Source: an uncultured Oscillospiraceae bacterium
GTDB taxonomy: Bacteria > Bacillota > Clostridia > Oscillospirales > Oscillospiraceae
Assembly (NCBI GenBank): GCA_947625355.1
Contig: CANQOA010000004.1
Span: forward strand, 15,262-79,261
Direction of reading: 5' to 3'
DNA: 64,000 nucleotides
Shown: one piece after another, positions 18,687 through 28,343 of the stretch
How positions within the stretch are numbered: position 1 is the first letter of the stretch
Layout: every line of letters starts with the position of its first letter
Notes under the pieces: generated by a model
Seen by the model: only the letters and a program-made list of their open reading frames with translations
What the model was told of the DNA's origin: nothing
Databases searched by the model: none
Translations under genes and position numbers: made by a program

Positions 18687-21080
18687 ATGTCAGAGATCAC
18701 GCGTGATGAGCTGCACGCAGCCATCGAGGACAAACTGTGCGCCCATTTCGGCACTACCGGCACCAGCGCCACCGACGAACAGGTCTTTCTGGCCTCCGCC
18801 CAGGTGATCCGGGAGATCATGAGCCGGGTCATCGCCTTCCAGCGGGAGAAAAAGCCGGAAAAACAGGTCCACTACCTGTCCATGGAGTATCTGCTGGGCC
18901 GGAGCCTGATGAAGAACGCCTATAACCTGGGCATTGGCAGGGAGCTGGTGGGCGCCCTGGAGGACATGGGCCGCTCCGCGGCGGACATCTTTGAGATGGA
19001 GCCGGACGCGGGGCTGGGCAACGGCGGCCTGGGACGGCTCGCCGCCTGCTACTCTGACAGCATGGCCACGCTGGACATCCCCGCGTCCGGGTATTCGCTG
19101 TGCTATGAGCTGGGCCTGTTCAAGCAGGTGATGAAGGACGGCGTCCAGACGGAGACAGCGGACAGCTGGCCCCTCGGCGCCATCGGCTGGCTCATCCCCC
19201 GGGAGGAGGACACCTGCGAGGTGCGCTTCGGCGGCCGCGTGGAGGAGGTCTGGGACCACACCGGCGTGTGCCGGACCCACCTGAAGGACTATACAAGCGT
19301 TCTGGCCGTGCCCCGGGACATGCTGATCGCGGGCTATGGGGCGCGCCGGGTGAACACCCTGCGGCTGTGGGAGGCCCGGAGCAACCAGGACCTGGACATG
19401 TACCTCTTCTCCGGCGGCAAATACGTGGAGGCCATGGAGAAGCGCACCATGGCCGAGGTCATCACCAAGGTGCTCTATCCCGCCGACGACCATATGCAGG
19501 GCAAGGAGCTGCGGCTCAAGCAACAGTACTTCTTCGTCTCCGCCACGGCCCAGGACCTGGTGAAGAAGCACCGCCGGGACTGGGGCGACGTGCGCTCGTT
19601 CCCGGACCACCACGTGATCCAGATCAACGACACCCATCCCACCCTCATCATCCCCGAACTGATGCGCATCTTCATGGACGAGGACGGCCTGGGCTGGGAC
19701 GAGGCGCTGGACTGCGTGCGCCGGACGGTGGCCTACACCAACCACACGGTCCTCTCCGAGGCGCTGGAAAAGTGGCCCCAGGGGCTCATCGAGTCGCTGA
19801 TGCCCCGTGTCTGGCAGATCATCCGGGAGCTGAACATCCGCTGGACCAAGCGTCTGAACGGCTGGTTCCCCGACGATCAAAAGAAGGTGGAGTATAACCT
19901 GATCCTCTCCGGCGGCCAGGTCCACATGGCGAACCTGTGCCAGGCGGTGTGCTATATGATCAACGGCGTGTCCGCCCTGCACGGGCAGATCCTCAAGACC
20001 CGGCTTTTCAAGGATGTGTGCTCCGTGCGCCCGGAGCGGTACACCTTCGTCACCAACGGCATCGACCACCGCCGCTGGCTGGACCAGATCAATCCGGACC
20101 TGTCCGGCCTGGTACGGGACCTGATCGGCGACGGCTTCATCCGCCATCCCGAGGAACTGGCGAAGCTGCGCCAGTTCGAACAGGACGAGACAGTGCTGGG
20201 CATGCTGAACGTGATCAAGGCCCGGAACAAGGACCGGCTGGCCTCCTGGCTGAAGCGGGATCAGGACGTGATCCTGGACCCGGCCGGCGTGCTGGACGTG
20301 CAGGTCAAGCGGCTGCACGAGTATAAGCGCCAGCTGCTGGCCGCCATGCTCATCACCAGCCTGCAGCAGCGCATCCACGCCGACCCCAACGCGCCCTTCC
20401 TGCCCAGGACGTTCCTGTTCGGCGCCAAGGCCGCCGGCAGCTATGTGACCGCCAAGCGGATCATCGAGCTGATCAACTCCCTGTCCCGGGACATCGCCGC
20501 GGACCCGCTGTGCAAGGGCAAGCTGCAGGTGATCTTCGCCGCCAACTACCGGGTGTCCATGGCCGAACAGCTGATGCCCGCGGCCCAGGTCTCCGAGCAG
20601 ATCTCCACCGCCGGCAAGGAGGCCAGCGGCACCGGCAACATGAAGCTGATGATGAACGGCGCCATCACCATCGGCACCCTGGACGGGGCCAACGTGGAGA
20701 TGCACGAGCGGCTTGGGGACGAGAACATGTTCCTGTTCGGCCTGCGGGCGGAGCAGGTGGAGGCCCTGCGGCCCGCCTATCAGCCCCAGACCTACTATGA
20801 TTCCGACCCGGTGACCAAGGCGGTGCTGGACCGGTTCCGCTCCGGCTTTGCCGACGGCAAGAGCTATGCCGACCTGGTGAACGGCCTGCTGTACGGCGGC
20901 GACCCGTATATGCTGCTGGCCGACTTTGCCGACTACCGCCGGGCCCATGACGAGCTCTACAAGCTCATGGCCGACCCCGTCGCCAGCGCCCGGATGAGCC
21001 TGGTGAACATCGCCGAGTCCGGCGTGTTCGCCGCGGACCGGGCCGTGGCAGAGTACGCCAAGAACATCTGGAAAATTTGA
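18687..21080 (+). CDS. glgP: Glycogen/maltodextrin phosphorylase
   Basis: Trimmed to MSEITRDEL... (AAGGAGA SD). It has GLGNGGLGRLA, the EASGTGNMKLMMNG PLP-site block and TNHTVL. Confidence 0.92.
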   Translation: MSEITRDELHAAIEDKLCAHFGTTGTSATDEQVFLASAQVIREIMSRVIAFQREKKPEKQVHYLSMEYLLGRSLMKNAYNLGIGRELVGALEDMGRSAADIFEMEPDAGLGNGGLGRLAACYSDSMATLDIPASGYSLCYELGLFKQVMKDGVQTETADSWPLGAIGWLIPREEDTCEVRFGGRVEEVWDHTGVCRTHLKDYTSVLAVPRDMLIAGYGARRVNTLRLWEARSNQDLDMYLFSGGKYVEAMEKRTMAEVITKVLYPADDHMQGKELRLKQQYFFVSATAQDLVKKHRRDWGDVRSFPDHHVIQINDTHPTLIIPELMRIFMDEDGLGWDEALDCVRRTVAYTNHTVLSEALEKWPQGLIESLMPRVWQIIRELNIRWTKRLNGWFPDDQKKVEYNLILSGGQVHMANLCQAVCYMINGVSALHGQILKTRLFKDVCSVRPERYTFVTNGIDHRRWLDQINPDLSGLVRDLIGDGFIRHPEELAKLRQFEQDETVLGMLNVIKARNKDRLASWLKRDQDVILDPAGVLDVQVKRLHEYKRQLLAAMLITSLQQRIHADPNAPFLPRTFLFGAKAAGSYVTAKRIIELINSLSRDIAADPLCKGKLQVIFAANYRVSMAEQLMPAAQVSEQISTAGKEASGTGNMKLMMNGAITIGTLDGANVEMHERLGDENMFLFGLRAEQVEALRPAYQPQTYYDSDPVTKAVLDRFRSGFADGKSYADLVNGLLYGGDPYMLLADFADYRRAHDELYKLMADPVASARMSLVNIAESGVFAADRAVAEYAKNIWKI

Positions 21081-21088
21081 GACACAGC

Positions 21089-21117
21089 ATGGGCGCGGCG
21101 AGGGCCGCGCCCATTTC
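21089..21117 (+). terminator. Intrinsic terminator after glgP
   Basis: ATGGGCGCGGC-GAGG-GCCGCGCCCAT followed by TT. Confidence 0.6.
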
Positions 21118-21129
21118 GCTGCCGCCCCC

Positions 21130-21158
21130 TTGACAGGGCGGAGATGGGATGATATATT
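21130..21158 (+). promoter_or_regulatory. Sigma-A-type promoter for tldD (TTGACA-17-TATATT)
   Basis: TTGACA at 21130-21135, a 17-nt spacer, TATATT at 21153-21158. Confidence 0.6.
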
Positions 21159-21214
21159 GTTAGAGGAAATACATCGTCTGATAATGTACTATCGAAAAAG
21201 GAGTTGATTTTGCC

Positions 21215-22633
21215 TTGAAAGTACAGGAGAGCGCCTTTATCGCGGAAAAGCGGCCGCTGCTGGAAAAGCTGCGGGACGCGCTGTGCGCGGAATTCGAATA
21301 TGCCTCCGTCCTGGCGGAGGACACCGTGGGCCGGGACTACCGAGTGAGCCGCCACAGCGTCAGCGTGGGCGAGGGCGACAACGTGCGGGGCTTCGTGGTG
21401 AAGGCCCTGGACGGCGGCCGTTACGCGGAGTATTCCTTCAGCGAGCTGGAGGAGGCGTCCGTCCCCGGCGTCGTCGCGGCGGTGCGGGAGCTGCTGGCCT
21501 CCGATGTGCGGCCGGCGGGTCTCGCGGCCAACGCCTACGCCCCGCCGGTGTCGGAGCCCACCGTGTTCTCCGGCGCAACGGACTACGAGATCGACCCGGA
21601 GGACTTCAGCGACGGGGATATCATCGACCGGCTCACCGCCCTGCGGGACAAGGGCCTCGGCATGGACAAGACGGTGCTGGACTTCATCGCCTGGACGGCC
21701 TGGCAGCGGTATACCAAGCTGTTCCTGTCCCGGGAGAAGGATATGACCCAGAGCGTGATGTACCTCACCGGCGGCGTGGTGGCCGCCGCCATGAAGGGCC
21801 AGGAGGTGAAGCAGGCGTACCTGCCCTGCTCCGGCCTGGGCGGCATGGAGCTGCTGGCGAAGATGGAGGAGAACGTGGCCCCCTGCGTGCAGACCGCGCT
21901 GGACCTGCTCCACAGCGAACCGATGATCCCTGGCGAGTACGAGTGCATCTGCAGTCCGGAGACCACCGGCATGATCGTCCATGAGGCCTTCGGCCACGGA
22001 GTGGAAATGGACATGTTCGTCAAGGACCGGGCCCAGGCGCCCCAGTTCATCGGCAAGTATGTGGCCTCGCCCCTGGTGACCATGCACGACGGGGCCAGCT
22101 CCGCGGCCCAGACCGCCACCTATTTCTTCGACGACGAGGGCACCCTGGCCCACGACACCGTCATCATCGACAAGGGCGTCCTCAAGACCGGCATCAGCGA
22201 CCTGCAGTCCGCCCTGACCCTGGGCACCGAGCCCACCGGCAACGGCCGGCGGGAGAGCTTCGCCCGCAAGGCGTACACCCGCATGACCAACACCTGGTTC
22301 GAGCCGGGGCATGACAAGCTGGAGGACATGATCGCCTCTGTGAAATACGGCATGTACCTGGAGTGCCCCTCCAGCGGCATGGAGGACCCCAAGAACTGGG
22401 GCATCCAGTGCATGGTGAACATCGCCCGGGAGATCAGGGACGGCAAGCTCACCGGCCGCATCTTCTCCCCGGTGGTGCTCACCGGCTATGTGCCGGACCT
22501 TTTGAAGTCCATCACCGCCATGTCGGAGGCTGCGGAGCTTTCCGGCACCGGCTTCTGCGGCAAGGGCCACAAGGAGTGGGTGAAGGTCTCCGACGGCGGG
22601 CCCTATATCAAGGCCACCATCCGGCTGGGTTAA
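21215..22633 (+). CDS. tldD: TldD family metalloprotease
   Basis: HEAFGHGVEMD (the HExxxH of TldD) and C-terminal GxC...GKG blocks. TTG start 11 nt after AAAGGAG. Confidence 0.8.
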   Translation: MKVQESAFIAEKRPLLEKLRDALCAEFEYASVLAEDTVGRDYRVSRHSVSVGEGDNVRGFVVKALDGGRYAEYSFSELEEASVPGVVAAVRELLASDVRPAGLAANAYAPPVSEPTVFSGATDYEIDPEDFSDGDIIDRLTALRDKGLGMDKTVLDFIAWTAWQRYTKLFLSREKDMTQSVMYLTGGVVAAAMKGQEVKQAYLPCSGLGGMELLAKMEENVAPCVQTALDLLHSEPMIPGEYECICSPETTGMIVHEAFGHGVEMDMFVKDRAQAPQFIGKYVASPLVTMHDGASSAAQTATYFFDDEGTLAHDTVIIDKGVLKTGISDLQSALTLGTEPTGNGRRESFARKAYTRMTNTWFEPGHDKLEDMIASVKYGMYLECPSSGMEDPKNWGIQCMVNIAREIRDGKLTGRIFSPVVLTGYVPDLLKSITAMSEAAELSGTGFCGKGHKEWVKVSDGGPYIKATIRLG

Positions 22634-22646
22634 GGAGGGAGCGCGT

Positions 22647-23918
22647 ATGGAAACGATCATTTCCGCCCTGCGTGCGCTGGGCGTAGAGCAGTACGTCATC
22701 ACGGAGAGGCACACCGACTCGCTGGAGTGCTTCTATGTGAAAAAGAACCTGGACCTGACCCGCCGGGCGGATACCACCGTGCGCACGGTGCAGGTGTTCC
22801 GCCCCTTCGAGAAGGACGGGGCGAAGATGCTGGGCGATTCGGAGGCGACGGTCCGTCCCGGCATGTCAGCCGAAGAGGTCCGCGGGGCCATCGAGCGGGC
22901 CTGGTACGCGGCCCAGTTCGTGTCCAACCCCTGGTACCCCCTGCCCGCCGGGGTCAAGGAGCCCCCGAAGCCCGACGAGGGCGGCTTCGCGGGAAAGCCT
23001 CTGGCGGAGAGCATGAAGACCATGACCCAGGCGCTGTTCGCCGCGGATACCGAGGCGGACGTGTTCCTCAACTCCGCGGAGGTGTTCATGCGCCGGAACG
23101 AGACGCGCATCGTCACGTCCCAGGGCGCGGACGTGGCCTGGGAGCGGTATGACGTCTGGGGCGAATATGTCTGCCAGTGCCCCGCGCCCCAGGATGTGGA
23201 GACCTATCACCAGTTCAATTACCGCCAGCCCGAAACGGAGGCGCTCACCGCCGACGTGGCCCACGCCCTGGGCCTGACGCGGGCCAGGGCCCAGGCGACG
23301 ACTGCGCCTAAGACCGGGACCTATGATCTTGTCCTGGACCGGGAGCAGATGCGCGAGCTTCTCGGCTACTATGTGGGCCGCTCCGGCTCGGCCATGATCT
23401 ATCAGAAATACTCCCCCTTCAAGCTGGGGGACAATGTCCAGGGGGACGGTGTCACCGGCGATAAGCTGACCGTGACCTTGGCGGCTACGGAGCCCTATAC
23501 GGATTTTGGCGTGCCCATGGCCGACCGGCCGCTGGTGGAGCAGGGCGTACTGCGCACCATCCACGGCGGGCCGCGCTTTGCCCACTACCTGGGCGTGGAG
23601 CCCACCGGCAATTACCGCGCCGTGTCCGTCCCCGTGGGGGACACGCCGCTTAAGGAGCTGCTGGCGGGGCAGTGCCTGCATGTGGCGGCCTTCTCCGACT
23701 TCCAGATGGACCCGCTCAGCGGCCACTTCGGCGGGGAGATCCGCCTGGGCTTCCTCTATGAGAACGGCACGGTGACCCCGGTCACCGGCGGCTCCGTCAA
23801 CGGCAGCATCCTGGACGGGCAGGGACATATGACCTTCTCCGCCGAGCGGTACCGCAGCGCCCGGTACGACGGCCCCCTGGCCGTGCGCATCCAGGGCGTG
23901 GCCGTCGCCGGGCAGTAA
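22647..23918 (+). CDS. PmbA/TldE-like partner of TldD
   Basis: 423 aa. It lacks an HExxxH motif, has the family's C-terminal beta-rich region (FSDFQMDPLSGHFGGEIRLGF), and sits immediately after tldD with an AAGGAGGG SD. Confidence 0.7.
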   Translation: METIISALRALGVEQYVITERHTDSLECFYVKKNLDLTRRADTTVRTVQVFRPFEKDGAKMLGDSEATVRPGMSAEEVRGAIERAWYAAQFVSNPWYPLPAGVKEPPKPDEGGFAGKPLAESMKTMTQALFAADTEADVFLNSAEVFMRRNETRIVTSQGADVAWERYDVWGEYVCQCPAPQDVETYHQFNYRQPETEALTADVAHALGLTRARAQATTAPKTGTYDLVLDREQMRELLGYYVGRSGSAMIYQKYSPFKLGDNVQGDGVTGDKLTVTLAATEPYTDFGVPMADRPLVEQGVLRTIHGGPRFAHYLGVEPTGNYRAVSVPVGDTPLKELLAGQCLHVAAFSDFQMDPLSGHFGGEIRLGFLYENGTVTPVTGGSVNGSILDGQGHMTFSAERYRSARYDGPLAVRIQGVAVAGQ

Positions 23919-23940
23919 CGGGCGCTCAGCCACAGAGAGC

Positions 23941-23977
23941 AAAAAAGAGGTATCGCCGGGAGGGCGATACCTCTTTT
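23941..23977. terminator. Bidirectional terminator
   Basis: AAAAAGAGGTATCGCC-GGGAG-GGCGATACCTCTTTT. Confidence 0.75.
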
Positions 23978-23996
23978 CCGTCTGTTGGGCGTTTCA

Positions 23997-25124
23997 TTAT
24001 CCCGGCAGCGCCAGGGCGTGGCCCTGGAAGGTGACGGCGGTCACCTCGTCCAGGTCGATGGGCACGGCGAAGGCGATGTCCAGCACCCGGGCCTGCAGGG
24101 CCTCGTTCCAGGTGCCGTTGGAGGCGGCGATCTGGGCCGTGCCGCCGCCGGCCAGCTCCACCGTCAGGTCATGGCCCAGATCGGGGCCGGCCTGGGGGTC
24201 CTCGCCGTCGTAGGTGTAGGTGATCACCGCGCCGGTGGAATACAGCCGCAGGCTGGTGACCGTCACGTCCACGTCCTCATACCAGGTCTCCACGGGCACC
24301 TCCACCGGGCTCCCGTCGGGGGCGGGCGTAGTGGGGTCCTTGGCGGGGTCGTAGGGCGCCCCGTCCAGGGTCATGTGGGCGTACCGGGCGTGGCAGACGA
24401 TGGGCTCGGCGATCAGCTCCGCCGGCCCGTCCTCCGCCGGGGCCAGGGTGAAGGTGAATTCCCAGGGGCCCTCCCCCAGCAGGTCCCGGTCCTCGCCGTA
24501 TACGTCCTCCAGCCGGTAGACCGTCAGCGTCAGGGGCTGGGAGAAGTCCGGGTCCTCTCCCAGCCGGGCCAGGACGGACTTTTCCATCACCTGGGTGAAA
24601 ACACCGTCCGTCTCCCCCTCCGGGTAGCTGGCCGCGCTGCCGAGGAAGAGGTCTCCCGGCGCGTCCGGGGCAGCGCTGGTCAGCCGGCCCTGGGCGACGG
24701 GGTTCCGGACCGCTGCCGCGCCGTCCTCAGAGCGGATGTCCAGCTTCATATAGACGCGCTTGCCGTCGGTCATGGCCGACTGGAGCGTCAGGGTCCAGCC
24801 GTCGGCGGTGACGGACTGGCCGATGGGCGTGGCGGCGCCGTCGATATACGCCTGCTGTCCCTCCGTCAGGGTCTCGCCGGTCAAGCCGGCGAAGAAGTCC
24901 TTGAACCAGTCCCCCGAACCCAGCACGGCGTAGGCCGTCACGCTCAGCGCCAGCAGCAGCGCCGCCGCCAGCGCCAGGGTGACGACGCGTTTTGTCGTAT
25001 GGTCAGTGTGCATTGTCTGCTCCTTTCTCATGGACGCCTTCGCCTGCCGGAGAAGAGCCGGGCAGGGGTCCTCCACGGCCAGAGCCTGGCGGAGCAGCGC
25101 ATCGAGATCGGTATGGTCAGTCAT
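23997..25124 (-). CDS. Putative anti-sigma factor, single-pass membrane protein (DUF4179-like)
   Basis: Short cytoplasmic N-terminus, one TM segment (VVTLALAAALLLALSVTAYAV) and a large extracytoplasmic domain. Its start overlaps the ECF sigma stop by 8 nt. Confidence 0.6.
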   Translation of the reverse strand: MTDHTDLDALLRQALAVEDPCPALLRQAKASMRKEQTMHTDHTTKRVVTLALAAALLLALSVTAYAVLGSGDWFKDFFAGLTGETLTEGQQAYIDGAATPIGQSVTADGWTLTLQSAMTDGKRVYMKLDIRSEDGAAAVRNPVAQGRLTSAAPDAPGDLFLGSAASYPEGETDGVFTQVMEKSVLARLGEDPDFSQPLTLTVYRLEDVYGEDRDLLGEGPWEFTFTLAPAEDGPAELIAEPIVCHARYAHMTLDGAPYDPAKDPTTPAPDGSPVEVPVETWYEDVDVTVTSLRLYSTGAVITYTYDGEDPQAGPDLGHDLTVELAGGGTAQIAASNGTWNEALQARVLDIAFAVPIDLDEVTAVTFQGHALALPG

Positions 25125-25629
25125 CCTTCATCAATCCTTTCTCCACCATTTCCCGCGCCGTGTGCAGACGGCGTTTCACCGTCCCCACCGGCAGGGAGAG
25201 CGTCTCGGCGATCTCATAAACTTTCATTTCCGCCCCGTAGTACAGCGTCAGGGGCAGCCGGTATCGCTCCGGAAGGGCGGCCACGGCGGCCCGCACCAGG
25301 ACCGCCTCCTCCTGGGACAGCAGCGCTTCCTCCGGCCCGCCGGCGGGCGCGTCCGTCCCCTCGGAAAGCGGCTCGGTGGGGGCGATCCGCTCCCGGCGGG
25401 CGAATTTGCGCTTGCGGCTGCGCCACAGGCTCAGAGCCGTGGACAGCAAAAACCGCAGGGGCTCCTCCGCCAGCTTCGCCGGCCGCTCCATGGCCTTCAG
25501 GAAGGTGTCCTGGAACAGGTCCTCCCCGTCCTCCCGGGTGAAGGCCAGGCTCCGGCAGAAGCGGTATACCGCCGCGCCGTGCGCGTCCACAAGGCGCTCC
25601 ATATCAACTTTCGCGCGCAAGTCGTTCAA
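25117..25629 (-). CDS. ECF-type sigma-70 family factor
   Basis: Only the 3' 170 codons of the 471-aa track ORF are credible. Sigma region 2 (DLFQDTFLKA) and region 4 (YYGAEMKVYEIAETLSLPVGTVKRRLHTAR) are present. TTG at 25629 lies 5 nt after GGAAGGAGGG; an alternative ATG is at 25602. Confidence 0.8.
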   Translation of the reverse strand: MNDLRAKVDMERLVDAHGAAVYRFCRSLAFTREDGEDLFQDTFLKAMERPAKLAEEPLRFLLSTALSLWRSRKRKFARRERIAPTEPLSEGTDAPAGGPEEALLSQEEAVLVRAAVAALPERYRLPLTLYYGAEMKVYEIAETLSLPVGTVKRRLHTAREMVEKGLMKDD

Positions 25630-25672
25630 GAGCGCCCTCCTTCCGGTGCCGTACACCCTGTAATCGCCGCGG

Positions 25673-25698
25673 GACGCCGGACGGTTCGCCCGGTTGAC
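25673..25698 (-). promoter_or_regulatory. Candidate ECF-type autoregulatory promoter (GTCAAC-N16-CGTC on the minus strand)
   Basis: The AAC-N16-CGTC spacing typical of ECF promoters, about 45 nt upstream of the sigma gene start. This is a motif match only. Confidence 0.3.
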
Positions 25699-25722
25699 GA
25701 AATTTTCTCCTTGTGATATAAT
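25694..25722 (+). promoter_or_regulatory. Sigma-A-type promoter for the CNNM operon (TTGACG-17-TATAAT)
   Basis: TTGACG at 25694-25699, a 17-nt spacer, TATAAT at 25717-25722. Confidence 0.6.
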
Positions 25723-25765
25723 ACACCATTGAATTTTGTGAGAAAGCAAGAGGTGGTCATTCCCC

Positions 25766-27067
25766 ATGGAAGATGGCAGTTGGCTATCTATCCTGTTCCT
25801 GTTCCTTCTGATCGGCTTCGCCATGTATTTTGCCTTCGCGGAGACGGCCTTCGCCTCCGTGTCCCGCAGCCGCATCCGTGTGCGGCAGGAGAAGGGCGAC
25901 AGCAGGGCGAAAAAAGCCATGAGCGTCCTGGACAACTTCGACCGGGCCATCACCACCATCCTGATCGGGACCAATATCGCCCATCTGGCGGCGGCCGCTG
26001 TGGTGACCGTGTTCGTCACCCGGCACTGGGGCGTGGGCAAGGTGGTGTGGGGCACCATCGCCACCACGCTGGTCCTGTTCTTTTTCGGGGAGATGCTCCC
26101 CAAGACCATAGCCAAAAAATACAGCGAGCGGTTCTGCCTGGGCACCGCCGGTTCGCTGTGCTTTTTTATGCGCTTTTTCGCGCCGGTCTCGGCGCTGCTC
26201 ACCGCCATCGGCCAGGCCGCGGCCAAGCTCTCCAAGGGGGAGGGCGAGGTGTCGGTGACGGAGGACGAGCTGTATGACCTGATCGAGGACATGACCGACG
26301 CCGGCAGCCTGGACGAGGAGCAGGGCGACCTGGTCCAGTCCGCCCTGGAGTTCGCCGACATCACCGTGGAGCACGTGCTCACCGCGCGGGTGGACATGGC
26401 CGCCGTCGACGTGGCCTGGCCGCCGGAGCGGATCATCGGGTTCATCCGCTCCCAGCGCCATACCCGGCTGCCGGTGTATGAGAACGACACCGACAACATC
26501 ATCGGCATCCTGCAGATGCGCAAATACATCAAGGCCTGGCTGGCCCAGGGGGACGCGGTGGACCTGCGGTCCCTGCTGGACCCGGCCTATTTCGTCCCGG
26601 CCACCACCAATGTGGACGATCTGCTGCCGGAGCTGAGCCGCAAGCGGCAGAATATGGCCGTGGTCACCGACGCCTGGGGCGGCACCCTGGGCATCGTGAC
26701 GGTGGAGGACATACTGGAAGAGCTGGTGGGCGAGATCTGGGACGAGGAGGACGAGGTGGAGGAATACTTCCGCCCCATCGGCGGCGGCCGCTATGAGGCC
26801 GACGGCCGGCTGGACGTGGACGAGCTGTTCGAGCGGCTGGACTACGAGGACCCGGAGGACAACGAGGAGCTGATCCACAAGCCCCTGGCCGAGTGGACCC
26901 TGGAGCAGTTCGATCTGATGCCCGCCCAGCGGGACACCTTCACCTATCACGATCTGGAGTTCACCGTGTCCGACGTGCGTCAGCACCGCATCCGCAAGCT
27001 GACGGTCCGGCGCCTGCCCGAGGCGGCCAAGGCCGCCGGCGAACAGGAAGGGGGCGCCGGAAAATGA
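25766..27067 (+). CDS. CNNM/CorC/HlyC family transporter (DUF21 + CBS pair + CorC_HlyC)
   Basis: N-terminal DUF21 TM region (FAETAFASVSRSRI...FFFGEMLPKTIAKK), a CBS pair and a C-terminal CorC domain. Confidence 0.85.
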   Translation: MEDGSWLSILFLFLLIGFAMYFAFAETAFASVSRSRIRVRQEKGDSRAKKAMSVLDNFDRAITTILIGTNIAHLAAAAVVTVFVTRHWGVGKVVWGTIATTLVLFFFGEMLPKTIAKKYSERFCLGTAGSLCFFMRFFAPVSALLTAIGQAAAKLSKGEGEVSVTEDELYDLIEDMTDAGSLDEEQGDLVQSALEFADITVEHVLTARVDMAAVDVAWPPERIIGFIRSQRHTRLPVYENDTDNIIGILQMRKYIKAWLAQGDAVDLRSLLDPAYFVPATTNVDDLLPELSRKRQNMAVVTDAWGGTLGIVTVEDILEELVGEIWDEEDEVEEYFRPIGGGRYEADGRLDVDELFERLDYEDPEDNEELIHKPLAEWTLEQFDLMPAQRDTFTYHDLEFTVSDVRQHRIRKLTVRRLPEAAKAAGEQEGGAGK

Positions 27068-28323
27068 CGGCATACGTACTGGCGCTGCTGGTGTGCCTGG
27101 CCCTGTCGGCGTTTTTCTCCGCCTCGGAGATGGCCCTTTCCTCCGCCAACCGGATGCGTCTGGAGAGCGCCGCGGAGGACGGCGACCGTTCTGCCAAAAC
27201 CGCGCTGGGGCTGCTGGACAGCTTTGACGGGACGCTGGGCGCCATCCTCATCGGCAACAACCTGGTGAACGTGGCTTCCAGCTCCATCAGTTCCGTCATC
27301 GCCATTACCGTGGCGGCCCGGGCGGAGCTGGCCGACGGGCTGTGCTCCACGGCGGCCACCGTGATCGTGACGGTGCTGGTCATCATCTTTGGCGAGACCA
27401 TCCCCAAGATCATCGCGAAAAAGAACGCCACCCGCCTGTCGCTGGCCGTGGCGGGGATCATCAAGGGGCTATCCGTGATCCTGCTGCCGCTGGTGTGGCT
27501 GGCGGTGCGGCTGAACCGGCTGATCACCGACCGGCTGCGGGGCGAGGATACCGAGGACGCCCAGGAGGCGGCGGTGGAGGAGCTGCAGTCCATCATCGAG
27601 ACCGCCCAGGACGAGGACGTGCTGGACGACGACCGGGGGGAGCTGCTGCAGGCGGCGCTGGATTTCGGCGAGGTGTCCGCCAGCCAGGCCATGACCGCCC
27701 GGGTGGATATGACCGCCCTGGACATCGACGACGGCCTGGACGAGATCCTGAAGCAGGTGGCCGACGTGCCCTATTCCCGGCTGCCGGTCTACGAGGGGGA
27801 CACCGACAACATCATCGGCGTGCTCCATCTGAACACCCTGTACCGGGCGCTGCTGGAGGGCGGCGAGATCGATCTGCGCTCGCTGCTGACGGAGCCCTGC
27901 TGGGTCTACAAGACCGTGAAGCTGCCGGCTGTGCTGGAGCAGCTGCGGGAGAAGCAGACCCATCTGGCCATCGTCACCGACGAATACGGCGGCACCGCCG
28001 GCGTCATCTCCATGGAGGACGTGCTGGAGTACCTGGTGGGCGACATCTGGGATGAGACCGACGAGGTGGAGGAGGACATCGTCCAGACAGCGGAGGACAG
28101 CTGGGAGCTGGACGGAGACCTGCCCATCGACGACTTCTTGGAGCTGGTGGAGCTGGAGCGGGATTCCTTTGACTTTGAGAGCGAGACCGTGGGCGGCTGG
28201 GTCATGGAGCTGAACGAGGGCTACGCCCCGCCGGGATGCACGGTGCGCTATGAGGACCTGGAGATCACGGTCCTGGAGGCTGACGATAAACGGGTGGAAA
28301 AGGTCCGCGTGACGCGGAAATGA
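27064..28323 (+). CDS. Second CNNM/CorC/HlyC family transporter (paralogue)
   Basis: Trimmed to MTAYVLALLVCLALSAFFSASEMALSSAN. The ATGA overlaps the upstream stop. It has the same three-domain layout. Confidence 0.85.
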   Translation: MTAYVLALLVCLALSAFFSASEMALSSANRMRLESAAEDGDRSAKTALGLLDSFDGTLGAILIGNNLVNVASSSISSVIAITVAARAELADGLCSTAATVIVTVLVIIFGETIPKIIAKKNATRLSLAVAGIIKGLSVILLPLVWLAVRLNRLITDRLRGEDTEDAQEAAVEELQSIIETAQDEDVLDDDRGELLQAALDFGEVSASQAMTARVDMTALDIDDGLDEILKQVADVPYSRLPVYEGDTDNIIGVLHLNTLYRALLEGGEIDLRSLLTEPCWVYKTVKLPAVLEQLREKQTHLAIVTDEYGGTAGVISMEDVLEYLVGDIWDETDEVEEDIVQTAEDSWELDGDLPIDDFLELVELERDSFDFESETVGGWVMELNEGYAPPGCTVRYEDLEITVLEADDKRVEKVRVTRK

Positions 28324-28343
28324 CGGCGTACGGGAGGAGACCG

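Noticed and set aside
25630-26532. The upstream 300 codons of the 471-aa minus-strand ORF that ends in the ECF sigma factor.
   Set aside because: Only the last 170 codons look like a sigma factor, and they have their own strong SD and start (TTG at 25629). The upstream part is antisense to the CNNM transporter and reads as compositional noise.
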